NCBI GenBank assembly: GCA_041178485.1
Contig: JBEGVI010000103.1
Location: forward strand, 10,781-74,780
Direction: 5' to 3'
Source: Bacteroidota bacterium
GTDB taxonomy: Bacteria; Bacteroidota; Bacteroidia; Flavobacteriales_D; Crocinitomicaceae
DNA length: 64,000 bases
In this document: positions 19,408 to 28,604 of the stretch, piece after piece
Layout: every line of letters starts with the position of its first letter
Position numbering within the stretch: the first letter of the stretch is position 1
Notes under the pieces: generated by a model
The model's database searches: none
What the model was told of the DNA's origin: nothing
What the model saw: the letters and a program-made list of their open reading frames with translations, nothing else
Program-made: the position numbers and the translations under genes

Positions 19408-19440
19408 GACGTTTAATTTTTCAGGCTGTACAGGTTTGTC

Positions 19441-19448
19441 TATTTTTG
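19441..19448 (+). promoter_or_regulatory. -7 box (tatttttg) upstream of sanA
   Basis: Exact match, 23 nt before ATG 19472. Confidence 0.5.
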
Positions 19449-19471
19449 GTTGAAAATGATCTGAAAATTTT

Positions 19472-20119
19472 ATGAAAACACTGCGTTTCCTGCATAGGTC
19501 ATGGTGGATCCGGGGGACCCTTGGATTGATTTTATGCTTAGTGTTTTGGTCAAACTTCTGTGTTTATTACGAAAGCAGGGATTTCATCTCGAGTAACATG
19601 CGAGATCTGCCTCAGAAAAAGTATGCGCTTGTTTTAGGAACTTCCAGTAAACTCAGAAATGGCAGGAGCAACATCTATTTCCGTAAACGGATCAACGCCT
19701 GCTGGAGGTTATACAGAGAGGGGAAAATTAAATATGTTCTGGTCAGCGGAGACAATGGAATTAAAAGTTACAATGAACCTGAAACGATTCGTGACGCGCT
19801 TATGGAATCCGGAATTCCTTCCAGCCATATCGTTCTGGATTATGCCGGATTTGATACGTATGATTCAATGGTCAGAGCTAAAGAAGTTTTCGGTTTGAGC
19901 TCCTTCATCGTGGTTTCGCAACATTTTCACAATCTTCGCGCGGTATTCATTGCTCGCAGAAAAGGAATGGAGGTGTACGGGTATAACGCAGGAGATGCCT
20001 CTGCAGCGTCCGGGTACAAAATGCGTTTCAGAGAGTATTTCGCACGTGTAAAAGCCTATCTGGATGTGCTGTTCAATGTTCGTCCGAAATTCTTGGGCAA
20101 AAAGGAAGCGATTCCTTAG
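19472..20119 (+). CDS. sanA: SanA-family (DUF218) membrane protein
   Basis: ALVLGTS...VSGDNGIKSYNEPETIRDAL...IVLDYAGFDTYDSMVRAKEVF closely parallels E. coli SanA. Confidence 0.7.
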   Translation: MKTLRFLHRSWWIRGTLGLILCLVFWSNFCVYYESRDFISSNMRDLPQKKYALVLGTSSKLRNGRSNIYFRKRINACWRLYREGKIKYVLVSGDNGIKSYNEPETIRDALMESGIPSSHIVLDYAGFDTYDSMVRAKEVFGLSSFIVVSQHFHNLRAVFIARRKGMEVYGYNAGDASAASGYKMRFREYFARVKAYLDVLFNVRPKFLGKKEAIP

Positions 20120-21501
20120 ATCAGTGCTTTGATTTCACGGATAATACGTTCAGCAAGGTCATTTGCCATTTGTTCATTCTGACTTTCCGAGTAGATACGT
20201 ATGATTGGTTCCGTATTGCTTTTTCTCAGGTGGACCCACTCTTTACCAATGTATATCTTCACGCCATCTGTGGTGTCAACTTCCTCATGAGCATAGTTGA
20301 CTGACATATACATCAGAATTTGGTCCACATCAATGTCCGGTGTGAGTTCGATCTTATTTTTTGAAATGGTATATTTCGGATAACTGTCGCGCAATTCTGA
20401 AACTTTCATTTTCTTCTCTGCCAAAAGACTAAGGAACAATGCAATGCCAACCAAAGAGTCACGTCCGTAGTGCAATTCCGGATAAATAACACCACCGTTT
20501 CCTTCACCTCCGATCACAGCTCCAATCTCCTTCATTTTGGAAACCACATTCACTTCTCCAACGGCAGCCGCGGCGTATGTCAATCCGCGAGCCTCTGTAA
20601 TATCGCGCAATGCGCGGGTAGAGGAGAGGTTGGATACGGTAGGACCGGGAGTTTTGGACAGGACATAATCTGCAACAGCAACGAGCGTATATTCTTCGCC
20701 GAACATACTGCCATCTTCGCACACCAATGCGAGGCGATCTACGTCCGGATCAACTGTAATTCCAAGTTCAGCACCGGTCTCCTTGATCTTTGCCGATAAA
20801 TCGGTAAGGTGCTCCGGAAGTGGTTCCGGATTGTGAGGAAAATGGCCGTTCGGTTCACAATACAATTCGGTAATTTGACGCACCCCCAAAGCGCGCAAGA
20901 GTGCCGGAACAAAGATTCCGCCTGAGGAATTTACGGCATCTACCACCACCTTGAAATTTGCAGCTTTGATAGCTTCTGCATTGACAAGTGGGAGTTGAAG
21001 GATCGCATCTATATGTTTTTCGAGGTAAGAATTGTCATGTGTAACTTTTCCAAGTGAATCTACATCTGCAAAATCGTAACTTTCAGCCTCTGCTATAGCC
21101 AAAACTTCTTCGCCATCTGAACCGGAAATGAACTCTCCTTTTTCGTTCAGCAGCTTAAGCGCATTCCATTGCTTCGGATTGTGACTCGCTGTGAGAATAA
21201 TTCCTCCGTGGGCTTTTTCCATTGGGACAGCAACTTCTACGGTCGGAGTTGTTGAAAGTCCAAGATCGATTACATCAATCCCTAATCCCGTAAGAGTAGA
21301 TATCACCAGGTCAGAGATCATTTTTCCTGAAATTCGGGCATCCCTACCGATGACTACTTTGACCGACGAACCCTCAGAGCGATTTTTCAACCACGTTCCG
21401 TAGGCCGCAGCAAATTTCACAGCATCCACAGGAGTGAGTCCTTCATTGACTTTTCCTCCAATTGTTCCACGAATTCCGGATATAGATTTTATGAGTGTCA
21501 T
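20116..21501 (-). CDS. glmM: phosphoglucosamine mutase
   Basis: Alpha-D-phosphohexomutase fold with the active-site loop TASHNP and the N-terminus SGIRGTIGG. The call among hexomutases rests on length and N-terminus. Confidence 0.8.
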   Translation of the reverse strand: MTLIKSISGIRGTIGGKVNEGLTPVDAVKFAAAYGTWLKNRSEGSSVKVVIGRDARISGKMISDLVISTLTGLGIDVIDLGLSTTPTVEVAVPMEKAHGGIILTASHNPKQWNALKLLNEKGEFISGSDGEEVLAIAEAESYDFADVDSLGKVTHDNSYLEKHIDAILQLPLVNAEAIKAANFKVVVDAVNSSGGIFVPALLRALGVRQITELYCEPNGHFPHNPEPLPEHLTDLSAKIKETGAELGITVDPDVDRLALVCEDGSMFGEEYTLVAVADYVLSKTPGPTVSNLSSTRALRDITEARGLTYAAAAVGEVNVVSKMKEIGAVIGGEGNGGVIYPELHYGRDSLVGIALFLSLLAEKKMKVSELRDSYPKYTISKNKIELTPDIDVDQILMYMSVNYAHEEVDTTDGVKIYIGKEWVHLRKSNTEPIIRIYSESQNEQMANDLAERIIREIKALI

Positions 21502-21592
21502 GTTTGTTGAAGTTAGAAGTTTTTGAATTGGCCGATCGCTGGGATAGGTTCAGAAGATATTCAGTGTATTGAATTTTTAAATGAGCATTCAA

Positions 21593-22111
21593 CTATTTGG
21601 TAAACCCAATTTGGCTTTTAGGTTTAAATTGTTGTTTCAAATCAATCATTTTGAGACAAGCGACGGCGCATTCTACACCTTTATTACCATGCTTGCCTCC
21701 TGAGCGGTCAATCGATTGCTGAATGTTGTTATCGGTCAGCACACAAAAAGCAACCGGCTTGTTGTATTTCAGCGTTACGTCCTTTATCCCTTGAGTGGTT
21801 CCTTCGCATACAAAATCAAAATGTTTGGTTTCACCCTGAATGACAGTGCCTATTGCTACCACGCCATCGACGTCCGTATATTCAAGGAGGTATTGAGCAC
21901 CAAGTGGTAATTCAAATGCCCCGGGAACAAAACGAACAAGGATGTTTTCTTCTTTGACGCCTGCCTGAACTAAGGTTTCTCTGGCTCCTTTCAATAGGTT
22001 CAGGGTGATGTTCTCATTCCATTCTGAAACAACAATGCCGACTTTAAAATCGGCACCGTTCGGAACAAAGTCCTTATTGAATTCAGATAAATTACGACCT
22101 TCAGTGGCCAT
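21593..22111 (-). CDS. ribH: 6,7-dimethyl-8-ribityllumazine synthase
   Basis: Size and the pattern VPGAFELP...GTVIQGETKHFDFV are typical of RibH. Confidence 0.85.
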   Translation of the reverse strand: MATEGRNLSEFNKDFVPNGADFKVGIVVSEWNENITLNLLKGARETLVQAGVKEENILVRFVPGAFELPLGAQYLLEYTDVDGVVAIGTVIQGETKHFDFVCEGTTQGIKDVTLKYNKPVAFCVLTDNNIQQSIDRSGGKHGNKGVECAVACLKMIDLKQQFKPKSQIGFTK

Positions 22112-22113
22112 GT

Positions 22114-22755
22114 TTATTTAGTTGTTTTGTTGGAGGCACGAGCGATGTATTTATCGATGGCCTTTTGATTTCCAAAACCGGAATAGTCATCTCTGATCTT
22201 CGTGTAACATTCTGTAGCTTTTTCAAAATTTTTATTTTTTTCTGCGCAAAGACCAGCTTTGAAAAGATACATCGGTGTAGTCATTTCATTCTCATTGATA
22301 CCGGCTGCTTCAAGGTAGAGTTCAAAAGCTTTTTCATACTCTTTCATTTCGCTGTGACAATCGCCCTGCAATCCGACTGCCATCGCAGAAAGATACGTAT
22401 CGCTTGCGTCTACATCTTCTAATTGATCCAGTGCTTTTCTGAATTCACCTTTTGCCATGTACTGACGGGCAAGGATGAATTGTGCATTTTCACCTCCGAT
22501 TTTACCGTCATACTTTTTCACCACGGATTCGAGCTCATCGATCGCAAGATCTGTGGAATCTTTGGCAGCATAGTTCAACCCTACCCAAAAAGAATCTTTA
22601 GATTTTTCGTTGGAAGGATTCCAGATAAACTGACGGTAAAGGAAGAATAGGAGCACGGCCCCGAACAAACCTCCGAATATATATACGAACAGTTTTGTTT
22701 GCTTGTCTGATTTGAACTGGTTTTTCAGGTTTTCAAAAGGAGAATTATCCGACAT
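22114..22755 (-). CDS. membrane-anchored TPR protein (YfgM-like)
   Basis: One N-terminal TM helix followed by TPR-like helical repeats. The stop is 2 nt before the ribH start. Confidence 0.6.
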   Translation of the reverse strand: MSDNSPFENLKNQFKSDKQTKLFVYIFGGLFGAVLLFFLYRQFIWNPSNEKSKDSFWVGLNYAAKDSTDLAIDELESVVKKYDGKIGGENAQFILARQYMAKGEFRKALDQLEDVDASDTYLSAMAVGLQGDCHSEMKEYEKAFELYLEAAGINENEMTTPMYLFKAGLCAEKNKNFEKATECYTKIRDDYSGFGNQKAIDKYIARASNKTTK

Positions 22756-22774
22756 TACTTAACATTTAGACGCG

Positions 22775-22782
22775 CAAAATTA
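22775..22782 (-). promoter_or_regulatory. -7 box (taattttg) upstream of the TPR/ribH operon
   Basis: Exact match, 19 nt before ATG 22755. An A11 tract on this strand lies 1 nt upstream of the box. Confidence 0.55.
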
Positions 22783-22887
22783 GTTTTTTTTTTTAATTCA
22801 TTCTGCTTTAATTTTCAACAAGCTACAACCACCGACTTCGCGTGTAAAAATATCTGTGGCTGACTTTCATTCCCGCATCCAATTCAC

Positions 22888-22895
22888 TACCTTTG
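22888..22895 (+). promoter_or_regulatory. -7 box (tacctttg) upstream of recF
   Basis: Exact match ending 4 nt before ATG 22900. Confidence 0.55.
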
Positions 22896-22899
22896 TTTC

Positions 22900-24018
22900 A
22901 TGCACCTGTGTGATCTTCAGCTCATCAATTTTAAGAACTATGAAGATGCCGAAATCCGTCTGTGTCCCAATGTCAATTCTTTTGTGGGCCGCAACGGTTC
23001 GGGCAAAACAAATGTGCTGGATGCCATCTACTATTTGAGCTTGTGTAAGTCGTACCTGAATGTGATGGACCGGCAGAACATACGCTTTGATCAGGCTTTT
23101 TTTTCAATTCAGGGAAACTGGGAGAAAGACGGCCAGAAAGTCCATATTCATTGTGCGGTAAAGAACGGCGCAAAAAAGGTGTTCAAGCGAAACAAAAAGG
23201 AATACGAAAAACTTGCAGATCACATCGGTCAGTTTCCGGTGGTCATGATCTCGCCTTACGATCGTGATTTGATTTCTGAGGGCAGTGAACTTCGCCGCAA
23301 ATGGATAGACGGGATCATTTCCCAATTCGACAGAGTCTATCTTGAAAAGGTTCAACGATACGGGAAAGTACTCGAACAGCGAAATGCACTTTTAAAGAAC
23401 ATGCATGACCACCGAATTTTTGATAAGGAGTCAATCGAGGTGTGGGACGAACAATTGTCTGAACTTGGGACAGAGATCCACCGAAAAAGAACTGCCTTCA
23501 TTGGAGAATTCCGGGAAGTTTTTCAAGAACGCTATGCGTATATCGGGGAATCTTCAGAAGAGGTAGGTCTGGAATACCGTTCCCAATTGAATGATTCAGA
23601 TCTCCTCTCCTTGCTCAAGGAGAACGAACGCAAGGATCTGTACACGCAGTATACGAATTGCGGAATTCACAAGGATGACCTGGTTTTTACGATCAAAGGA
23701 CACCCTGTAAAGAAATTCGGTTCACAGGGACAACAGAAGTCTTATATAATTGCTCTTCGACTTGCTCAGTACGAATGGCTTAAACAACACCTGAATACAA
23801 CGCCTGTTTTGCTGCTGGACGATATTTTTGACAAACTTGATCAGGAGCGTGTGACAAAATTGCTAAGTCTTGTATCTGAGCATTACTTCGGTCAAGTTGT
23901 GGTCACGGATACAGATGAAGAGCGTATACGCACTATCTTTGACCACACGGACACAGAGCACAAGCTCTTTCTTGTTGACCAGGGCAGGGTAAGTGAATTG
24001 TTAACCGAAACACATTAA
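22900..24018 (+). CDS. recF: DNA replication and repair protein RecF
   Basis: MHLCDLQLINFKNY N-terminus, Walker A GRNGSGKTN, signature-like GSQGQQKS, Walker B LLLDDIFDKLD. Confidence 0.9.
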   Translation: MHLCDLQLINFKNYEDAEIRLCPNVNSFVGRNGSGKTNVLDAIYYLSLCKSYLNVMDRQNIRFDQAFFSIQGNWEKDGQKVHIHCAVKNGAKKVFKRNKKEYEKLADHIGQFPVVMISPYDRDLISEGSELRRKWIDGIISQFDRVYLEKVQRYGKVLEQRNALLKNMHDHRIFDKESIEVWDEQLSELGTEIHRKRTAFIGEFREVFQERYAYIGESSEEVGLEYRSQLNDSDLLSLLKENERKDLYTQYTNCGIHKDDLVFTIKGHPVKKFGSQGQQKSYIIALRLAQYEWLKQHLNTTPVLLLDDIFDKLDQERVTKLLSLVSEHYFGQVVVTDTDEERIRTIFDHTDTEHKLFLVDQGRVSELLTETH

Positions 24019-24326
24019 TGTACATGGAAGATATCCGCAGAACATCCAATGAAACACCGTTGGGTCAGGTCATCGAAAAGTTGATGAAAGCCTACCGGTT
24101 GGATGGTAAACTGAAGGAAATGGATGTGCTGGCCGCCTGGCCGGAGATGATGGGGAGTGCGGTGGCCAATCGAACAAAAGAGCTATTCATTAAAAATAAA
24201 GTGTTGCATATCCATCTGGATTCTTCTGTAATGCGGGATGAATTAGCACACGGTAAGCAAATTATTCTTCAGCGAGTAAATGATAAGGCCGGATTTGAGA
24301 TAATTACAGATATTTGGTTCTCTTAG
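24018..24326 (+). CDS. DUF721 (DciA-like) protein
   Basis: 102-aa ORF whose start overlaps the recF stop (TAATG). A DUF721 gene downstream of recF is a common arrangement. Confidence 0.6.
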   Translation: MYMEDIRRTSNETPLGQVIEKLMKAYRLDGKLKEMDVLAAWPEMMGSAVANRTKELFIKNKVLHIHLDSSVMRDELAHGKQIILQRVNDKAGFEIITDIWFS

Positions 24327-24358
24327 AGTTTAGGGATTTTTAATTTGTGATTCTTTAA

Positions 24359-24376
24359 CACTTTCGCGGGAAAGTG
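24359..24376 (+). terminator. hairpin after the recF-DUF721 pair
   Basis: cactttc-gcgg-gaaagtg: a 7-bp stem with a tetraloop and no U-run. It is nested inside the outer pairing tagggattt/aaatcccta (24331-24339 with 24377-24385). Confidence 0.3.
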
Positions 24377-24411
24377 AAATCCCTAATTCCGAATTACAAA
24401 GTTAAAATGGT

Positions 24412-24419
24412 TAATTTTG
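24412..24419 (+). promoter_or_regulatory. -7 box (taattttg) upstream of the esterase gene
   Basis: Exact match ending 7 nt before ATG 24427. Confidence 0.5.
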
Positions 24420-24426
24420 CGCCCTC

Positions 24427-25149
24427 ATGTTCAAAAAAGGCTGGATTACCATATTGTTTCTGGTGTTTTCTTCCGCAATAGTCTGTGCTCAGGTTCAGGC
24501 TGTTTACGGAAAGAGCGATTACAATTTTTGGATTTCATTGCCTGCGGACAGCATTCTGAAAAGCAAGCCTCCTGTTCTTATCTTTCTGCACGGCAAAAGT
24601 TTGTCAGGATCGGATTTAAACATGGTCAGGAGGTATGGTGTGATCCACGAAATCGATAAGGGAAGAAGTTTTCCTGCAATTGTTATCGCGCCGCAGGTAC
24701 CGTATGGAAAATCTTGGGAGCCTAAGAAGATTAAGAAGGTTTTAGAGTATGTTCAAAGTCAGTACAACACGGATTCCAGTCGGGTGTATGTAACCGGGAT
24801 GAGTTTGGGAGCCTATGGCACCTTGCATTTTGCCGGAGCATATCCCGAGCTTGTTGCTGCTGCCGTTGCACTGTGCGGGGGAGGCAATGTCAACGATGCG
24901 TACAATTTGTCGCAGGTTCCACTCTGGATACAGCATGGCAATCGCGACAGTGCCGTTCCGATCTCTGAATCCGAAAAGATTGTGAAGGCCATTACGGAAT
25001 GTGAGGGCGGAGAGAATTTGAAATACACCGTGGTTCAAGGTGCGAACCATGGCGACCTTGAAAAAGCCTTTCGAACGGACGAGATTTACGATTGGATGTT
25101 TCAATATTCCAAAGCAGTAGAGAAAGTAACAGAACTTCCGAAGAAGTAG
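24427..25149 (+). CDS. secreted alpha/beta-hydrolase (carboxylesterase-like)
   Basis: Signal peptide, nucleophile elbow GMSLG, candidate Asp (GNRDSAV) and His (GANHGD). Confidence 0.7.
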   Translation: MFKKGWITILFLVFSSAIVCAQVQAVYGKSDYNFWISLPADSILKSKPPVLIFLHGKSLSGSDLNMVRRYGVIHEIDKGRSFPAIVIAPQVPYGKSWEPKKIKKVLEYVQSQYNTDSSRVYVTGMSLGAYGTLHFAGAYPELVAAAVALCGGGNVNDAYNLSQVPLWIQHGNRDSAVPISESEKIVKAITECEGGENLKYTVVQGANHGDLEKAFRTDEIYDWMFQYSKAVEKVTELPKK

Positions 25150-25152
25150 GTT

Positions 25153-25635
25153 TTAACCTTCCTTGTGATGTGGAGGAAAGGTGCAGGGAATCTTTGATAC
25201 ACGGTCGTGTAACACAATACTTCCCGTTACGCCGACATTCAACGAGGAATTCCCCGGAAGTTTAATGACATAGTGGCATTTTTCCAGGATTTCTTTGGGC
25301 AGGCCTTCGTCCTCAGCTCCCAGCAAATAAATGGCGCGTTTGGGATGTTCAAATGCATGCAGGTATTCTGCGTTCTCCGTGATTTCCACACCAATTAGTC
25401 TGCAATCGTGAGGTATATTCTCAAGAAGATCCTCAAAACTGCGGTAATGGAACAAGGGAATGCGTGACCATGCCTTTACGACATCCGAAGTTTGTTTTTT
25501 ATACTTTTTCTCGATCGTAAAAATGTACGAAGCACCAAGTACGTAAGCCGATCGCCAAAGAGTGCCGATATTGTGTTCCGTTTTCCCCCGAAATACACCA
25601 ATTGCGAAATAGCCTTCATTCGTTTTTGTTTTCAT
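25153..25635 (-). CDS. SpoU/TrmH-family RNA 2'-O-methyltransferase
   Basis: 160-aa SPOUT-type pattern: NIGTLWRSA...LLGAEDEGLP...LNVGVTGSIVL. Confidence 0.7.
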   Translation of the reverse strand: MKTKTNEGYFAIGVFRGKTEHNIGTLWRSAYVLGASYIFTIEKKYKKQTSDVVKAWSRIPLFHYRSFEDLLENIPHDCRLIGVEITENAEYLHAFEHPKRAIYLLGAEDEGLPKEILEKCHYVIKLPGNSSLNVGVTGSIVLHDRVSKIPCTFPPHHKEG

Positions 25636-25662
25636 GTTGCAGCGGTTGTCTTTTTCATGAAT

Positions 25663-27060
25663 TTATTGTTCGATAGAGGCATATTTTTCCAAATCAACTG
25701 AATAGACCTTTTTGAATCCATTTGAATTTGCTGCAATGAAGTAAAGTGTATTATCGAAAATTCTTACTTTTTCAGGGTAGGAGACCTCCCGTAAATTCAG
25801 TGTTTCCTGGATAGTTCCATTTTCAATATTGAGTTTGCTCAAAGAAAACATGGCTTTGTTCGGGTTGGTCACGTAAAACTTATCGGTGTAAGGATCCCGC
25901 ATCATGCGACTCTCGGGTAAATCATTGCCTTCCACGGCGGCTGTATGTATTTGTTTTCCCGTGTTTGAAAAAACGTAAAGGCGACCTTTCGAAAAGTCAA
26001 CGGTTACAACACACAGATGGACACGCTCCGATTGAATATTTAATTTGCTGGCCACCTGCATCGCAATGAAATCTTGTCCATTCCTCAAGGTTTGCGCAGC
26101 CGTACATGTGGTGGCTCGGTTTTGAGAATTTACCATGTACTGATAGTTCAATGGAATTGAATCTACTATTCTGGGATTGCCATTCGTCTTTGCTTTAAAT
26201 AAACTGATTTGTTCATACATGGAATAATATCCTAATGTATCGAAAGAGCTGAATACGTTGTAGGAAGTGTCCTTATCATAATAGTTCAAAGAATATTTTC
26301 TGTTCAAGTAACCGTAGTTTTCATCCATGAATATCGAGTCACCGCAATACACCAGATTTTGAATATTTCCCTCAAATTGCCACTTCGGAATGACATTCGA
26401 AAAGTGTAACTTATCGTCCATCCAAGCTTCATAGATCGAATCCATTGAATGAATCAGGAAATTTCCTTTACAATCTACGGAGACACTGGAAGGTGTAAAA
26501 GCAAGCGGATACCGCTTTTTAGTTCCAGTGATCTCATTAATCTCCAAAAAATAGTCTTTATTCACTGATTTTAAGGTGATGTGACTTTTATCAGGAAACA
26601 CATAGTAATCGATAAGATGCTCGTTGACTTCTCCATCAAATTTTTTTACTCGGTTGCCGTTCAGGGTAATTTCTTCCAGAATAACCGGTGGATTAACAAG
26701 TTGAAAAAAGACAATTGCCGTGTCTCCCGAAAAGGAGTCGTTGGCGATAAACTGATCGCGCGTTTTCCCTTTTCTCAAAGTGATCGTATCATTTTTTTGA
26801 ACAGCGATCGTAAAAAAACCAGTTTGACCTGAACTTTTTAGAACTAATTTCTGGTTCACGAAAACGGCTGCATCTGTTACCGGAATGTTATTTTCATTCA
26901 GTATGTATCCTTTGACGGTAAGCATTTGCGATCTTCCGGTGAAACATGCCGTCAACAGTAGGGTCAGAAAGATCGTTTTTAGAGGTGACAATTGGATGAA
27001 ATGATTCACAGGAGGTTTTTCCGGTTTGTAAGTGAAAGTAACGAATTTGTTTTGAATCAA
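25663..27060 (-). CDS. hypothetical lipoprotein with CarboxypepD_reg-like N-terminal domain; start uncertain
   Basis: The ORF-track start is a TTG. Internal GTG (27009) or TTG (26991) would give a cleaner signal peptide with lipobox LTAC. The rest is unrecognised. Confidence 0.45.
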   Translation of the reverse strand: MIQNKFVTFTYKPEKPPVNHFIQLSPLKTIFLTLLLTACFTGRSQMLTVKGYILNENNIPVTDAAVFVNQKLVLKSSGQTGFFTIAVQKNDTITLRKGKTRDQFIANDSFSGDTAIVFFQLVNPPVILEEITLNGNRVKKFDGEVNEHLIDYYVFPDKSHITLKSVNKDYFLEINEITGTKKRYPLAFTPSSVSVDCKGNFLIHSMDSIYEAWMDDKLHFSNVIPKWQFEGNIQNLVYCGDSIFMDENYGYLNRKYSLNYYDKDTSYNVFSSFDTLGYYSMYEQISLFKAKTNGNPRIVDSIPLNYQYMVNSQNRATTCTAAQTLRNGQDFIAMQVASKLNIQSERVHLCVVTVDFSKGRLYVFSNTGKQIHTAAVEGNDLPESRMMRDPYTDKFYVTNPNKAMFSLSKLNIENGTIQETLNLREVSYPEKVRIFDNTLYFIAANSNGFKKVYSVDLEKYASIEQ

Positions 27061-27089
27061 TTCCCATCTTTGTAAAAATAAACGTAGCC

Positions 27090-27731
27090 ATGGAATTTAT
27101 ATCCGCCGAACTAGACAGGTATGTGTGTGCACACTCGGAGAATGAACCAGAAGTATTGCGCGATCTCAATCGGAAGACACATTTGTCTGTTCTTCAGCCT
27201 CGTATGTTAAGCGGTCATTTTCAGGGGAGGGTTCTTAGTATGCTCTCACACATGATCCGACCGCATCGCGTCCTTGAAATTGGAACTTATACCGGTTACT
27301 CGGCGTTGTGTTTTGCGGAAGGGCTAACAGAGGATGGAAAGGTAATTACGATTGATGTAAACGAAGAACTGGAAGAGTTGGTGAGAGCATACATTTCAAA
27401 AGCAGGAATGGAGCATAAGATCGATTATCGGATTGGGGATGCTGCCCAACTCATTCCTGCAATTGAAGATCAGTTTGACATTGTGTTCATTGATGCTGAT
27501 AAGAAAAACTACTGCAATTATTATAACCTTGTCTTCGACAAAGTGAGAAAAGGAGGGTACATCATTGCGGACAATGTTCTTTGGTCCGGAAAAGTTCTTG
27601 AGAATTACGATGCCCTTGACCGAGAAACAAAGGTGTTAATGGAATACAACCGAATGGTTCACGAAGATAAACGAGTTCAGGAAGTGCTGTTGCCTATTCG
27701 AGATGGACTGATGGTAGCGAGAAAAATTTAA
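27090..27731 (+). CDS. class I SAM-dependent O-methyltransferase (family 3, caffeoyl-CoA OMT-like)
   Basis: VLEIGTYTGYS SAM-binding motif and the FIDADKKNY pattern. Confidence 0.8.
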   Translation: MEFISAELDRYVCAHSENEPEVLRDLNRKTHLSVLQPRMLSGHFQGRVLSMLSHMIRPHRVLEIGTYTGYSALCFAEGLTEDGKVITIDVNEELEELVRAYISKAGMEHKIDYRIGDAAQLIPAIEDQFDIVFIDADKKNYCNYYNLVFDKVRKGGYIIADNVLWSGKVLENYDALDRETKVLMEYNRMVHEDKRVQEVLLPIRDGLMVARKI

Positions 27732-27789
27732 ATCAACAGATTTGGAGCGCTCAACATAAGAGCGAAAAAAACACTTCAAAAATTACAAA

Positions 27790-28521
27790 ATGCATCTCCA
27801 GATACTGTATCAAGACGACCAGCTTGTTGCCATCAATAAACCACATGGTTTACTGGTGCATCGTTCGGTAATTGCCACAGATGCAGACGAGTTCGCGGTT
27901 CAAATTTTAAGAGATCAGATAGGCCAAAAAGTGTACCCGGTACATCGCCTGGATCGAAAAACAGGTGGGGTGTTGTTGTTTGCAAAGGATGAGAATACGA
28001 ACAGTCAACTTCAGCAGTCCTTTATGAATTCGTTAGTATCGAAGAAATACCTTGCCATCGTCAGAGGGTATACTCCTGAAAAAGGAACCATCGATTATCC
28101 TCTCGCTACAGACAAAGGAAAAATTCAGAATTCCATTACACATTTCCGGACCTGCCGTCATTTTGAGATTCCGATACCATTTGGCAAGTTTGAAACGTCT
28201 CGCTATTCTCTGGTCGAGGTGCTGCCGGACACAGGAAGAATGCATCAAATCCGCAAGCATTTTGCACACATTTTTCATCCAATCATAGGGGATCGGCCGT
28301 ATGGCTGTAACAAACAGAATAAACTCTTTCTGGAAAATTGGAACATGAACACGATGTTGCTGCACGCATCCGAGCTTCAGTTCAGACACCCGGTAACGGA
28401 AGAAAATATAGCCGTCAAGGCCAATATACAAAGTGAATTTGAGCGAATAAAAAATATGCTTTATGAATTGTCGTCTCAAAATAAACTAGAAGATACATTT
28501 GATGAAATCATCGCTCCGTAA
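27790..28521 (+). CDS. truC: RluA-family pseudouridine synthase (TruC-like)
   Basis: ILYQDDQLVAINKP, the catalytic HRLDRKTGG motif and GRMHQIRKH. Colinear with E. coli TruC. Confidence 0.8.
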   Translation: MHLQILYQDDQLVAINKPHGLLVHRSVIATDADEFAVQILRDQIGQKVYPVHRLDRKTGGVLLFAKDENTNSQLQQSFMNSLVSKKYLAIVRGYTPEKGTIDYPLATDKGKIQNSITHFRTCRHFEIPIPFGKFETSRYSLVEVLPDTGRMHQIRKHFAHIFHPIIGDRPYGCNKQNKLFLENWNMNTMLLHASELQFRHPVTEENIAVKANIQSEFERIKNMLYELSSQNKLEDTFDEIIAP

Positions 28522-28604
28522 CTTAAAAAAGGCATTGTTTTTATATGTCCCAATTAATCAGTAGATTGCGGGTTCAAATGAATCGTTTGAACAGCAAGCA
28601 AAAA

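Noticed and set aside
19472-20119. Two DUF218 paralogues (SanA-like 19472-20119 and YdcF-like 49615-50442) as a possible linked system.
   Set aside because: They are 30 kb apart in unrelated neighbourhoods. Multiple DUF218 genes per genome are ordinary.
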